Shown piece by piece: positions 27,265 through 39,142 of a stretch of 64,000 nucleotides of DNA. The notes beneath the pieces are model-generated. The model saw only the letters and a program-made list of their open reading frames with translations. It was not told the DNA's origin and ran no database searches. The stretch covers positions 310,001 to 374,000 of the forward strand of contig CBFDEM010000039.1 of NCBI GenBank assembly GCA_965603825.1. Direction: 5' to 3'. Positions within the stretch are counted from its first letter, which is position 1. Every line of letters starts with the position of its first letter. The position numbers were made by a program, and so were the translations under genes. This DNA comes from Blepharisma stoltei ATCC 30299. Lineage: Eukaryota; Protista; Ciliophora.

Positions 27265-28328
27265 TGCGCAAATTCTACAGAGATTTAATCCAGAACTTGG
27301 AATATTTGCTTTGCAGGAACTATAAGAGTTAATATTACATATACTGATTGCCCGATGATGGCGCATTGAGCGCCATCATCGGGCAATTTCTATAATCCAT
27401 AATTACATTCAGGAATTAAGCACTCTGAGTGACATTGGCTCATATCAAGAGCCATTGGTAGACTGCATTTGTATTATGAGCAGAAAAGCATTTCTCATAG
27501 CCTACAGAAAAACTTGTATCATTTACAAGCATCTGCTGATAAACAGTAAATAAAACTAGATCTCTATCATAGCACCATTTTTTGGTATCACTACTCATTC
27601 AATCGTAATTGCAAGTTCCTAAGCATTCAGGTTTGCAGCTTCCATAATCCTTAACTGCGCACCCATCAGCGCATCCACAAGCATAATAATCTCACTGACA
27701 CTCTTTTGTATTCATTCTGGATCAAATAGATTATTTGCTAGCATTTTTTCTGAGCATTCAGAATTGCAGTAACCACAATCCCCATTGTCAAATTTACAGT
27801 TCAAATTATTGCAGACTTCATCATAAATCCCATTTTTCAAAAGATTATCAGAGCAAAATGGTGCACAAATATAGTCTGTTTTGTCATATTCACATTCTTC
27901 AACATAGCAGGCTCCATCGCAGATGGAATTTCCAACCATCCAAGTATTACAACCTGTAGCACAAGTCGAATTAACGCAATCTTCCATGTCAAAATTGCAT
28001 TCAACATTGTTACAGACTTCATCGCATACTCCATTTCCTCAAATCGTCTAGTTGAGCTTTATTGCCTAAATTATATTTACAAGATGGTCCGCAAAAACTA
28101 CAGTCAGCATATATAAAATACAATTCACAGTCTGTTGTAAAATCAACTTCATTGTTTTCCAAAAGATATGAATTAAAGTTGCAAAAAGAATTCATACAGT
28201 CTAGGCTGCATACGCCATTTCCTCTCTATGTAGTGTGTTACAGCCATTGGCGAGCATTTGTTTAAATTGCATTTTATGCGCATTCCGTGCACAGCAGCAA
28301 AAAGTGCTAATCAAATAAGTGAAGCAAT
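27265..28328 (-). pseudogene. Truncated duplicate of the 5' end of A2 (A2')
   Basis: Near-identical to 16331-17510. Start codon is ATG->ATT (28326-28328). Has 86-bp and 78-bp deletions and a 53-bp insertion, and retains the 16-nt intron (28226-28241). Confidence 0.92.
27340..27394. mobile_element. TA-bounded palindromic insertion (IES- or MITE-like), 53 bp plus one TA
   Basis: Perfect 18-bp stem ATTGCCCGATGATGGCGC/GCGCCATCATCGGGCAAT (27347-27364 and 27370-27387), 5-nt loop, TATA at both ends. The paralogous site near 16405 has a single TA (ATATTACA-TA-ATCC). Confidence 0.75.
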
Positions 28329-28430
28329 ACTATTAAATAATAGAGAGGCTTTATTGAAAGTTAAATGACTGGTAAATAAAAAAATTATTATTCAATTTTA
28401 TGAATGCTTTATTAAAAACTATTTTAGGTT

Positions 28431-31400
28431 TTATTTAATTTCTTGTTGACTTGTGAATGCGCTATTTTCAGAAGGATAAGGGTCAATCTCTACTTGCTGA
28501 TGAGATTCATTATTTTGATAACTTTCTAGGCCACTGACCTCAATTTCCTGTGCAGAATTAATAATCCTGGTAGATGTGATATATGTATAATTCAAGTTTG
28601 TATTTTTTCCATCGTCAACTTGGCTTTCATCAATTATATAATTTACTTTTACTCTTGATTTTCTGAATAGTATGCTTCCCATAAATAAAAGCTTCTCCTT
28701 AACGAACTTTAAAAGCTCGTTGAAGATTCTTAATAAACTATAAATAATAAACCAAATATTTGAGCAAAGTGTTATGAGGAATATCAAAACTGTCCCAGGA
28801 TCCCCCAGTTCATCTGTCAAAAAGAAAAGGCCAGTAAAAATTGTAATTAATACAATTACCCTAGAATGCAGTTCCATCTTGTTTAAGGGCTTTTCTACAA
28901 ACGGTTCATTTCTATTTTGAAGCAAAAGGAAAAAAATCAATAAAATTGTTGCAGCAAGAGCCTGCACAGAAATCGAGATATTTGACAAGAAGACTGAAAA
29001 ACTGATTAACAAAATTTTGCAATACAAAATCACGAATTCTCAATAATAGTGTTTTGAGTTATAGCCATTATAAAGAAATCCATATTTCAACTTGACCGCG
29101 GTTTCTTCTAGTTTTACTTTATATTTTATTATTTTTATCAGCCATGTTGCAGGAATGACAATCCCCCATATTAAGATTGCAGGTAAAACTATTAAATACG
29201 AGTAAAAAAAATGATCCTTAGTCCAGCACTGTATGTCAAGATCAATATTAAGCCAAAATTCTCCAGAGTTAATTTCTCTACAGCTATAAATACTGAACAG
29301 AGTTTCAATAATTCCTGGATGAATTAAAAAAAGTACAATAATACAAGAAGAAATAAAATCATCTGAAAACAATCTCCAAGCATGCTTTATTAGCCTATAA
29401 TACAATGCCCACAAAATGAAACATAAAGTTCATGCCGCTAATGGAACGAAGCTGATAAGAACAAGTTTTATGTAATAAATCTCTATTTTGGCATTAGAGT
29501 CCTGCAATAAACATTCAAAAGAAAATAATTGTTCTCCGACATAGTTCATGCTTAGTTCAATATAAAAAAATTCCATCACTCATCGTGGCCAATTTAAATT
29601 GAAGGTGGTAATAATGATTGTAATATGCAAGTAATTCCAAAATATTTTGATGTATATTGAAGTAAATGTGGATGAATTTAAAATATACTTTTTTGAAGCT
29701 TTTATAGTAAGCAAAGCAATAATAAAAAATATGCCAAAAAACCCTAGCATCCTTATGGCATTCGTGCTTGAGTCAAGGCATACTTTGCATTCATTTTTAT
29801 ATAGCCTTGAATATCCATAGGCACAAGACTGGCACATATTACCTTTATACCCTTTTTTGCAAACACCTGTATATGATATATTACGAATGTCAGGAGATCC
29901 CAAGCAAGCTGAAGGATAAGGGCATGCCCAGAACTGGTCAGTATATTTATTATCTCTCCAATACCCATGACGAGGCACCATTGTATAATTTCCATAACAA
30001 ATAGCATGCTTGGGACATTGCAGGCAAGCACGATTATTAGGATTTAAACTATAGTATGACTCTTCACAAACCAAACATGTTATGTTTACCGTTGCTTCTC
30101 CAAATGTGCATAGCCTAAGATCGACATTTGCATAGAGAACTGAATTAGAGTAGGAATTTCCTTTTGCTTCTTTAATGGCTGAAGTGTAAATTTTAATTTG
30201 GGTTGAGGTTCCTGGCTTCGCTGTGATAACATAATCTGTAAAGTTAAAGATCCCATTTAATGCTGTAGTCATGGTTACCCCAAAAAGGATGGTATCAGAA
30301 TTTAAATTAAGTAGCTGGGCTTGGCTTATATTGTCAGTTTTGACAACCTGATTATAATGATCAACTAAAGCAAATGACATTGGCTTATTATTTTTCTGGC
30401 CTGAAGCAATTCCGCTGATAGTTGGATTTTCCAAAATTCGAGTTGGTGAATTGCTACCGCTTCTATTTTCTTCATAAAACATCATAATCGGAAACGAAGC
30501 AATGCCATTTCCATAAGTTGCAGAATTTCTCTGAAAAGAGTTATTATCAAACACTGGCTCTATGTCAGCTCAGCTGATTGCTCCTCCATTATTTATTGCT
30601 TTATTTTCGCTAAAAAGGTTAGATGATAAGTTAAGCAAGCAATTGTCAAAATCTTTACAGCTAAGTTTAATCCCTCCTCCTATACCATCAATCACCCCTT
30701 TATCATTATTTTCTGATCTTAAAGAATCTGCAAAATTTTTCGTAAATTCAGATAAATAGATAGTCAAATTAATATTTTCAGAAAAGATTGCCCCACCATT
30801 ATAAGCTTCATTATTTAGAAATTTTGAAGAGGATATCATATAATGGTCCACTGGAGAGCTTTGTTCAGTGATAAGATAGACTGCTCCTCCAGAATATGAT
30901 GCAGAGTTTTTGCTAAATAAGCAGGAATCTATTAGTAATGATACACATTTTGAACAATAAATAGCTCCTCCATTCTTTCCTGATCCATTGCGAAATTCTG
31001 TATTTTCAATGCGTAATAAATAATCTGCATCTCCATAAATAGCACTGAACGATGGATTTATGAATAAAGAATGCTCAATATTAATAAAACTATCATATGA
31101 GTCAATATCTGAGCCTTTTGAGTTTTCAAATGTTGTATCGTTTATTCACAAATAGCTTTCTCGATAAACAAATATGGATCCTCCAATATTTGAAGTTAAA
31201 TCATGAAAGAAAGAATTGAAAACAGAGATATTACTTGAAATAGAAAATATAGCAGCACCTGTACTACTGCTTAAACCATTAGAAAATTTTGAATTTTGAA
31301 TTAAAGCATAGCTATTTGATTTCAGCTGAACAAAAGATCCTTGGCTTCCATGCTGATCTAAAAAAGTAGTATTTTGTATTTTAGCTGATGAAAAAGTCAT

Positions 31401-34400
31401 TAGAATTCCTGGGTTATCATCATTTCCTATGTTATTATGAATAATTGAGGAATCTAATGCAATGGCTGATGACAGAAGATATAATGCACCTCCATCTACT
31501 GACTGATTTTCACTAATTTCACAATTTATTATCTCTGAAATTTTACTTAGGCAGCGGATCATGCTAAATGCAGAACCTTTACCTTTGGATGAATTTTTGA
31601 TTATTTTTGAGTCTCTGATAGTGAAAAACGAATCTGAATCTGCATAAACAACTCCTCCTACATTAAGAGCGGCATTTTCCTTGAATTCACAGAAATCACA
31701 GGTGAAGTGAGAGTTGTAGCTCAATGCAGCAACTCCACCATTTGTTTTGCTTGTATTATTATAAAATATTGTGTTTCTAAGACCTGCGACTGCAGAGTTG
31801 ATAACTATTAGTCCTGCTCCGGGCTCCTCTGAATGCCCATGTTGTATGATTGAGTCATTTTCCACTAGCGTATCATTATCCAGAGAAAAAATTGAGCCTA
31901 AGTTATATTCAAATAAACATTTATGAGTTTCTAAAATTGATCTTTTATTTTCATCATCCATTAAAATGATAATAGGGCCGGAATTTTTTTGAAAAATGCA
32001 AGAGTTTAATATTACTCTTGAAGGAAAATTTTTAGAGTCCTCATTAATAGATATATGAAGGGCTGAGCTATACAATCCTTTATTTTCAATGAATTTTGAA
32101 TTGTTTATTGATAGTTTTCCATCAGCATAAAAAATCGAAAACGAGCCTGAGAGTGATGCATTATTTGCTTGGAATACACAGTTATTAATTGATGAGCTGT
32201 CCAGCAGTTTGATGAAATTGCTTATATGTATCGAGGCCCCGTTGAAAGCTTTATTTTCATAAAAGTTTGTATCGTGAATTGATAAGGATGTTTTGATGCT
32301 TGAGTAAAATTTTTTGTTTATATATATTGATCCACCATTAAGAAGGCAAGAATTATTTCTGAAAACAGTATTTGAAATAGTAAGTTCTGAGTAGCTACTT
32401 ACTGTTTGGGGCAACATATAATAAATTGCTCCCCCAGATAATCCAGGTGATTGGTTTGATATAAAGTGACAGCCATTAATAGCCAGATTTTGGCCTGAAA
32501 AATACAATGCCCCTCCTAGATCAGCACTATTTTCTATAAAAGTACAATTTTCTAGTGTCAAAGCATTGTTGATCGAGAATTCAATTGCTCCTGCACTTCC
32601 GCTCAAATAATTCTTGTTGCCGATAAATTTTGAGTTTTTGATAGATGCTGAGTAGCTGTTTTGAAAAGATAAACAAATACCAGTATTACCTTTTCCTGTA
32701 TTTCGTTCTGATTGTAGACTATATATCATGCTTTCTTGTGTGCTATCAATAATAATTGCAGGCGAAGAGTTTGCACAATAGTTATCAGTGATATTGATGC
32801 TTTGCATTAAGAAATTAACTGAGGCACTAATGATTGACATTGATTTACAGGACAAAATCACTGGGTTTGGTGCTTCAAGCTTCAAATAAATGTTATCGTT
32901 ATTAACATAGTTTCTTAGGATTATCGAATTTACCTCCTTACTTTCATTTGAATTTCCACCATTTTCATTCATTTGAGTGTCTTTTATCTCTATATTTGCC
33001 ATTTGTTTTATTTCTATTAAGCCAGAGCCTCCTGAATAATTATCTGTAAAAGTGAGATTTTTGATTTCTAACCACCGAGGTAAAACTCTGACAGTGACTG
33101 GTATTCCGCCTGATGTTAACGAATTTATGTTTTTACCATTGATAAATTCATCTTCCTGTGTTTGACTTCAGATTGATAGCAAACTGCTGCTTTCAACTCC
33201 ATTTGATATAAACCGCGAAGATTCTATTAGGAAATTCTGAGTTTCATTGAAATAATTTGCAGATAAAATTCCATTTTTTTGGCCATAATTCGATATAAAT
33301 GATGTATTTTTTATATGCAAATGAGTAAAGGTTGAGTAATTCAAGATTAAACTTTCATTAAATTCAATTGCATATTGGGTTTCAGTGTTTTGTATATTGA
33401 TAATGCCCAACTCGCAGTAGTTATATAAAAACGTGCAAGAATCAACCACTAGTGTTTCGAATCATCCAAGCTCTATCAAAGAGGCTGAACCCAAGACATT
33501 CAGCGGATTCTGATATATCATATTATATTCAAACTCCACATGTTTGATCACTATAGACGTGATATTAGGAGCATATAAAAACCCTCTTAAATTTATTGGA
33601 TCTCTAAATTCATAACCATTATTTAACCTGCTCACTTTTCCATGATTGTAGTAAAGATTTGCAGGTAGCGTTTTACAATAATCCTGATAAGCATAAACAA
33701 TAATTGCAGAATCTTCTATCTCTGATAATTTTATATTATCAAATGATACATTCTCCATAGTGATATTGCTGCCGCACGAAGCTGATATTATTCCCTTATA
33801 TCCAAAACGATAGTTTTGTATGGTTACATTGGTTAATATTAAGTGGGTGTTTTTTAAATTTATTATATAAACGTTTCGGTATGGAGCACACCAAGTTGAA
33901 GATAAATATTCAGATATTTTTTCATGTCTATCATTATAATACTCAGCAGGAGAATCTGAGTTTGCATATACAACTGGGCAGTATTCACAATATATGCTGC
34001 TATTACAAGTCAAAAAACCTTTTCCCTCCACTATGATATTGCGGAATTCTACTACAGAATTTCGTGCTTCAATCAGAATGGTGTATGAGTCATGAAATTT
34101 GATTGTTACATGGGATGAATTTCAAGGAGTAAAGAGATAATTCCTCGATGTTAATCCAAGATTTAAAATCCCTAAGTGCAAGCTTGAATAATAAGATTCC
34201 TCTCAATCTAAATCGTAATCTCCGTCATCCAAAAGATAGACAATTGCATTAGTTGTCAAAGTAAAATATATAGGCAAAAGAAAGTATCTATAAGGAGACT
34301 TAGCTGTGCCATCACCTTCAAAAAAATTGGTTGTATTTAATGCGGATACAAAATAAATACGTGGATTTTTTGCTGTTGAGATATCACTTAGTCTATTTAT

Positions 34401-35682
34401 ACCTAAGGATCCATCTGGGAAATGTCATAGAAAATATGATAATTGTCTAGTGCATCCTTGTTCTCACCAATATAGAGTTTTACAAGATAGGCAGTTTTCT
34501 CCGCTGCCGTCTCCGTAAGGCCTTGCGCAATCTTCCTCCTGAGATTGTGTTGAATTGCAATTACCATTTGCAAAGTTACATTCTGTTATATTGCATTCCT
34601 GAAAACAGTTTATCATATCAAAAACTTTGTCGAAAGAGCAAGCATAATTTGAAGCTGCATAGCAATCTTCTAAGTGAGCCACATATTTAAAATTCCTATT
34701 TATAATTTGCTGATATGAAGAAAAAATAGCTAAAGAGGTGTTTTGGCATCAAGAGTTCGGATATTGGCTTATTTTGTCATAATTGCATTCAATTACTAAG
34801 CACTCTGGCTTGCACTTTCCATAATCTAGATAAGTGCAACCATCAGAGCATTGGCAATCTTTATAGTCATACTCGCAATCATAATTATTGCACTCAGAAT
34901 CGCAAATTCCATTTCCCAGCATTTCTGGATAGCATCCACTAGCGCATGCCCCACAATCATGATTATCTAGTGTACAATTTCAATTATTGCATGCTTCATC
35001 ACACTTCCCATCCCCAAGCATTGACTCAAAGCAGCCAGGAGAACAGTCGCAATCATAATTATCAAAATTGCATTCAGCAACTCGACAAGCTTCTTCACAG
35101 ATTGAATTGCCAATCATTCACATATAGCAACCAGGAGCACATGCTAAATTTTTGCAGTCACCCAAATCAAAGTTGCATTCAGGGTAAGCACATTCAGGGT
35201 TGCAGACCCCATTACCTAATAAATTCGAAAAACACCCAGAGTGACACTTTTTACAAGTCCCAAGTCCATAATAGCAAGATGTGACATTACAGCTGGGATT
35301 GCAGTTTTGATACAATTTCGCGCTTGTGCCTAAATAGAGCTTACATGAAGGTGCGCATTGTCCGCAATCTCCTCAATCATATCCGCAATTTTTAGTATTG
35401 CACACATTATCACAAACTCCATTTCCAAGCTTTTCTTTTTTGCAGCCGTCTATATAAATGCAATTTCAATAACAATCTGATTGTTCTTTGCGAATGAGAG
35501 CATTAACTGATGAATTTGTATCATAATTACAGTAAGAAGTCATGCAAGCTGGGTCACATTGACCATTTCCTTTCTAAATTAATTTTTACCTTTGAATCTG
35601 GGCAATCAAATAGGCTACAGAGTAGTCTTTCACTCATAGCTAATTTAGCAAATGTTCAGAAAATAAAAGTAAAGCCAATCAT
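28431..35682 (-). CDS. Receptor-like giant membrane protein, copy A4 (~2,411 aa)
   Basis: ATG at 35682 (MIGFTFIFWTFAKLAMS). After removing the 16-nt intron at 35574-35589, the main listed ORF pieces are in one frame with TGA=Trp. Same domain order as A1. Confidence 0.9.
35574..35589 (-). other. 16-nt spliceosomal intron
   Basis: GTAAAAATTAATTTAG with A at position 11. Removal restores CPDSK|KGNGQCDPAC. Confidence 0.88.
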
Positions 35683-36512
35683 TTATTTTTATAAAACTTA
35701 TATTCATATTTTAATTATGAACTTTTCTGTTAACAATTTAATTTAAAAATGTATTTTTTAATGCTTTCTCTGCGCTGTGGCTATAAGAAGACTTTAGGTT
35801 GAAAAATAGCTTAAGTCTCTATTATTTTTTAACTCTTTATAAATATAAGTCTACTTGATCAATTTATTAGATTATACACTATAAAATTGTTGAAAAACAG
35901 CTCGAAAATTAGACAAGCTAAGATATAGGTTCGGGAAATTAAGCCTCAGAAACGAACTAGCGAAGAATTTGGCAAATAATTCATTTGGTAGGATAAATTT
36001 TATCAAAACTCTTTTTCTCCGAGACATTGGTAGTAAGACTTTTTGCTCATAACCTCCTTTTTCTCATTATAGCCTATTTAAAGGAAATGTCTCAGAGAAA
36101 AAATATCAGAGAAAGTGCCTACAAGAGCATGCCTCAGGGGATATATCTTAGGGATATGCCTAAGACTGATGTCACTGCTACTTATCTCTCTCAAATATCT
36201 TCTAGGAAAAAGCGATGAGAAATTTGTGAGAAAACGTCTTAAGAGAATCATTTCTGCAAGTGTCACAAGAGCAAATGTCATCCGAAGAAATGGTTGGTAT
36301 CAAAGCTGCCGAAGCAATTTCAGTGATCTGAGAATACCACACGAAGTTTATAGTTGAAAGGCAGCACAATTTCTGAGATTAGTGGACAGATTGAGTGATT
36401 TTTTTGAATCTTTTAGCTCTTGTAAAAATTTAAGATATGGTATGAACATGAAATAGAGAGCCATTATGTAATTAAAATAAAAGAGCCAGAATTTAATATC
36501 AATCAGAAATTA

Positions 36513-36797
36513 TTATGTCCTCCAATTAGGATTCAAAAGTTGAATCTGAGAAATCAAGATTTTAATATTTTGAAACTCAGTCAGCCTGTCAGAGCATTCA
36601 TGCTGCATGTGTTCGAATGATTCAGCTTGTTCAATTCAGTGTTCTTTATTATAGGAGCACTGGACTTTAGCTAAAGTTTTTTTGCTGGATTCTGATTGGT
36701 TTTTGGAGCATTTGAGCATGTGCCAGATGATTCTGTTGGTCTTCATATGATGTGAAGGGTTAAATGGAAATCCAAACTCTGGCTGCTGAGTTTCCAT
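36513..36797 (-). CDS. GTSF1/Asterix-like tandem CHHC zinc-finger protein, 94 aa; first finger has Cys->Phe, so possibly degenerate
   Basis: Translation with TGA=Trp: METQQPEFGFPFNPSHHMKTNRIIWHMLKCSKNQSESSKKTLAKVQCSYNKEHWIEQAESFEHMQHECSDRLTEFQNIKILISQIQLLNPNWRT*. It has two C-P/S-[FY]-N-x-x-H-x9-H-x3/4-C type units. Confidence 0.72.
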
Positions 36798-36881
36798 AAC
36801 AAAGTTATTTATAAAAAATATATAAACTGTTTAGCTTTATAAAACTTTGATACTTATCTTATTTTTTTATATTTAAATAGC

Positions 36882-37775
36882 TTACTTTTCATTTTTAGTT
36901 GGAGTATCCAAAATAAGCACATCATCATTTTTTTTTTCTGTCTTCTTCTCATTACACTCTGAAATTTCCTTTTTTTCAGTATCATTGCGCTTATAAAAGT
37001 TTTTCCCTAGCAACTCCTTCATCTTTAGTGCAGCAGCTGATAGTTTTGGCTGGCTATCTCTTGGAGACCTATTTGGTGACTCCTTCAGTACAATTCTTCT
37101 CGAAAAAGCAACCTCTTTAGTTCTATTTGTATTTAACTTCCTATCAATAAACTTGCTTTCTTTTGTAAGATGCTTTTGATTTTCATGTCGTTGTTTTGGT
37201 GGTGAAATCATTCTTTTTTGAGGCAAATCTTCACTCTTTTCATTATCATTTTGGGGTTTTATTTCATCTAAAAATTCCAAAGTTTCTTGATATAGCTCAA
37301 TGGTTTGACTAAATTCCAATAAAGCTTCATGGAAAATTACTGATGAATATCTAGGCAAAATATCTGAGATATAGTATCGGTAAAATGTGCTTGAATCCCC
37401 ATCAATTGCCATTCTCATGCATAAAGATCTACCAATTCTACCTAATTTGTGTATTAATTCAGGTGATTTATCAACTCTAAGCAGTTCTAAATGCAAAATT
37501 AGTTGGAATTTTAATTGGGTCTGAATAAAATTTACTGAGGATAGGAATCTGAATTCTTCAAGTAAAAGGGGCCGAAAAGTAGTTGGTAATATTAGGTTGA
37601 CAGGAACACCATTTTCTGAAATCAAGTCTATTAAGGAGTCCAAAGTGCTTAGAAATGAGATGATGCTGGTAGATTCAGGTATTTGGTTTCATCTTGATAT
37701 AATATTTGTTAATTCTTTTGAAAAGAAATCTGGGGCACATGATTGAAAAAATCTTAGGGTTACTTGGTTATCCAT
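36882..37775 (-). CDS. 297-aa protein; possible minimal Sld3/Treslin-like replication factor
   Basis: ATG at 37775, open to TAA at 36882 with one TGA=Trp. Helical core QLILHLELL...YISDILPRYSSVI and a basic tail with ESPNRSP and ILDTPTK CDK-type sites. The CDS itself is solid; the family call is tentative. Confidence 0.55.
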
Positions 37776-38126
37776 GGCAAATAACTAATTTATTGTTTTC
37801 ATACATCATTTTATAATTAAATCATCAAAATGATTAAATTTACCCCAATTTTAATTAATTTGATAATTATTAAAAAATTGGGCTATTGAAAATTCAATAG
37901 TTTTGCTTAGTTTATAGATAGAAGAAGGACAGCTTATAAAATATTAGCGCATGTTCTTTTCACTGAACAAATATCAAATATAAAGCATCCAAAATCTAAA
38001 CCCTGTAAATTGAATAAAACTTTCATTTTTTGAGTAAATAAGTTTATTATTGCTAGGATACTAAAGCAGGAATTACTAAAATCATCTATAGCATTAAACA
38101 AAAACTAAATAATTGCCAAGAGCAAA

Positions 38127-38906
38127 ATGGAGAAACTGATCCTTATGATTGAGTCAAAACAAAGTACAATTCTTACAGTCTGTGATCTAGAGCATAAAAT
38201 AATATCTGATATCCCTATAATGATTCCAATAAATTTAACGAGATTCACTTGCATTGCTCAACTTCCAAACTATGAGTTATTTTGCTTCGGAACTGAAGGC
38301 ATCCCATCATCTGGGTTTGCTTGTATCATAGATCTTCAAAATTATTCTTTAAAGAGAAGATTGACTCTTGGATATCCTTGCTATTCATCCTGCGCGCTAT
38401 ATTATGATGGCTTTGTTTATATTTTTGGAGGTGGAAATAACACAAAAGGAGATTTACCTAATTTTTATAAGTTTGATCTGCAAAATAATAGGTGGATAAA
38501 ACGATTGTCCTTGCCTATATCTTCTCATTCCTGCTCATCTATTATCTTTAGAAGCAATATTCTTGTATCTGGATTTAGTCATAAACATCTATATCAATAT
38601 AATATGGAACTGGATAGCTACTCGATAGCTTTTTCTTTTGAGTCTGGAAACTCTTGAAAAATATTACTTGCTGAAAATAACAGAGCGTATATAATAGAAA
38701 GACTTGGGAGAATTTATGAATGTGGAGCTGAAAATGTTTATAATTGAAATGATGTTGGAAAGTCAAGCATGGACTGATTTTTACAACATTATGTAACTTA
38801 TTATCAGAATTCTGCGTATATTGGAATTAATATTGGAACTAGTAATCTCTATTATAAGTTTGATTTCAAAACGAAAAAAATACAAAAATTTTATTTTGCG
38901 AGCTAG
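38127..38906 (+). CDS. Kelch-repeat beta-propeller protein (259 aa)
   Basis: Motifs CIAQLPNYELFCFG, VYIFGGG and FDLQNNRW. Extends through TGA=Trp codons to TAG at 38904-38906. Confidence 0.8.
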
Positions 38907-39142
38907 CTTGAATGTCTAAGCATAATTATTCATAATTCTAGTTATATTTCATTATTAAAATAAATAAGTAGCTAATTTAAACATCAAGTTCACTAGCCAA
39001 TTATTTTATATAATGTGTTCTAGGCATAAATTGATTAAATTAAAGCCCAATGTAAAGGATAATTTTAATTGCAAATAATTTCTGCAGTTTTGAAATTTAA
39101 TATTTTCAACATCTTTTAGTGATAAATGAAATAATCTAACGT

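Larger units (their letters stand above)
27265..28735. repeat. Segmental direct duplication of ~16331-17905 (A2 5' end, intergenic region and 3' end of the upstream gene)
   Basis: Long runs of near-identical sequence, including the intergenic region (17511-17613 vs 28329-28430). Confidence 0.92.
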
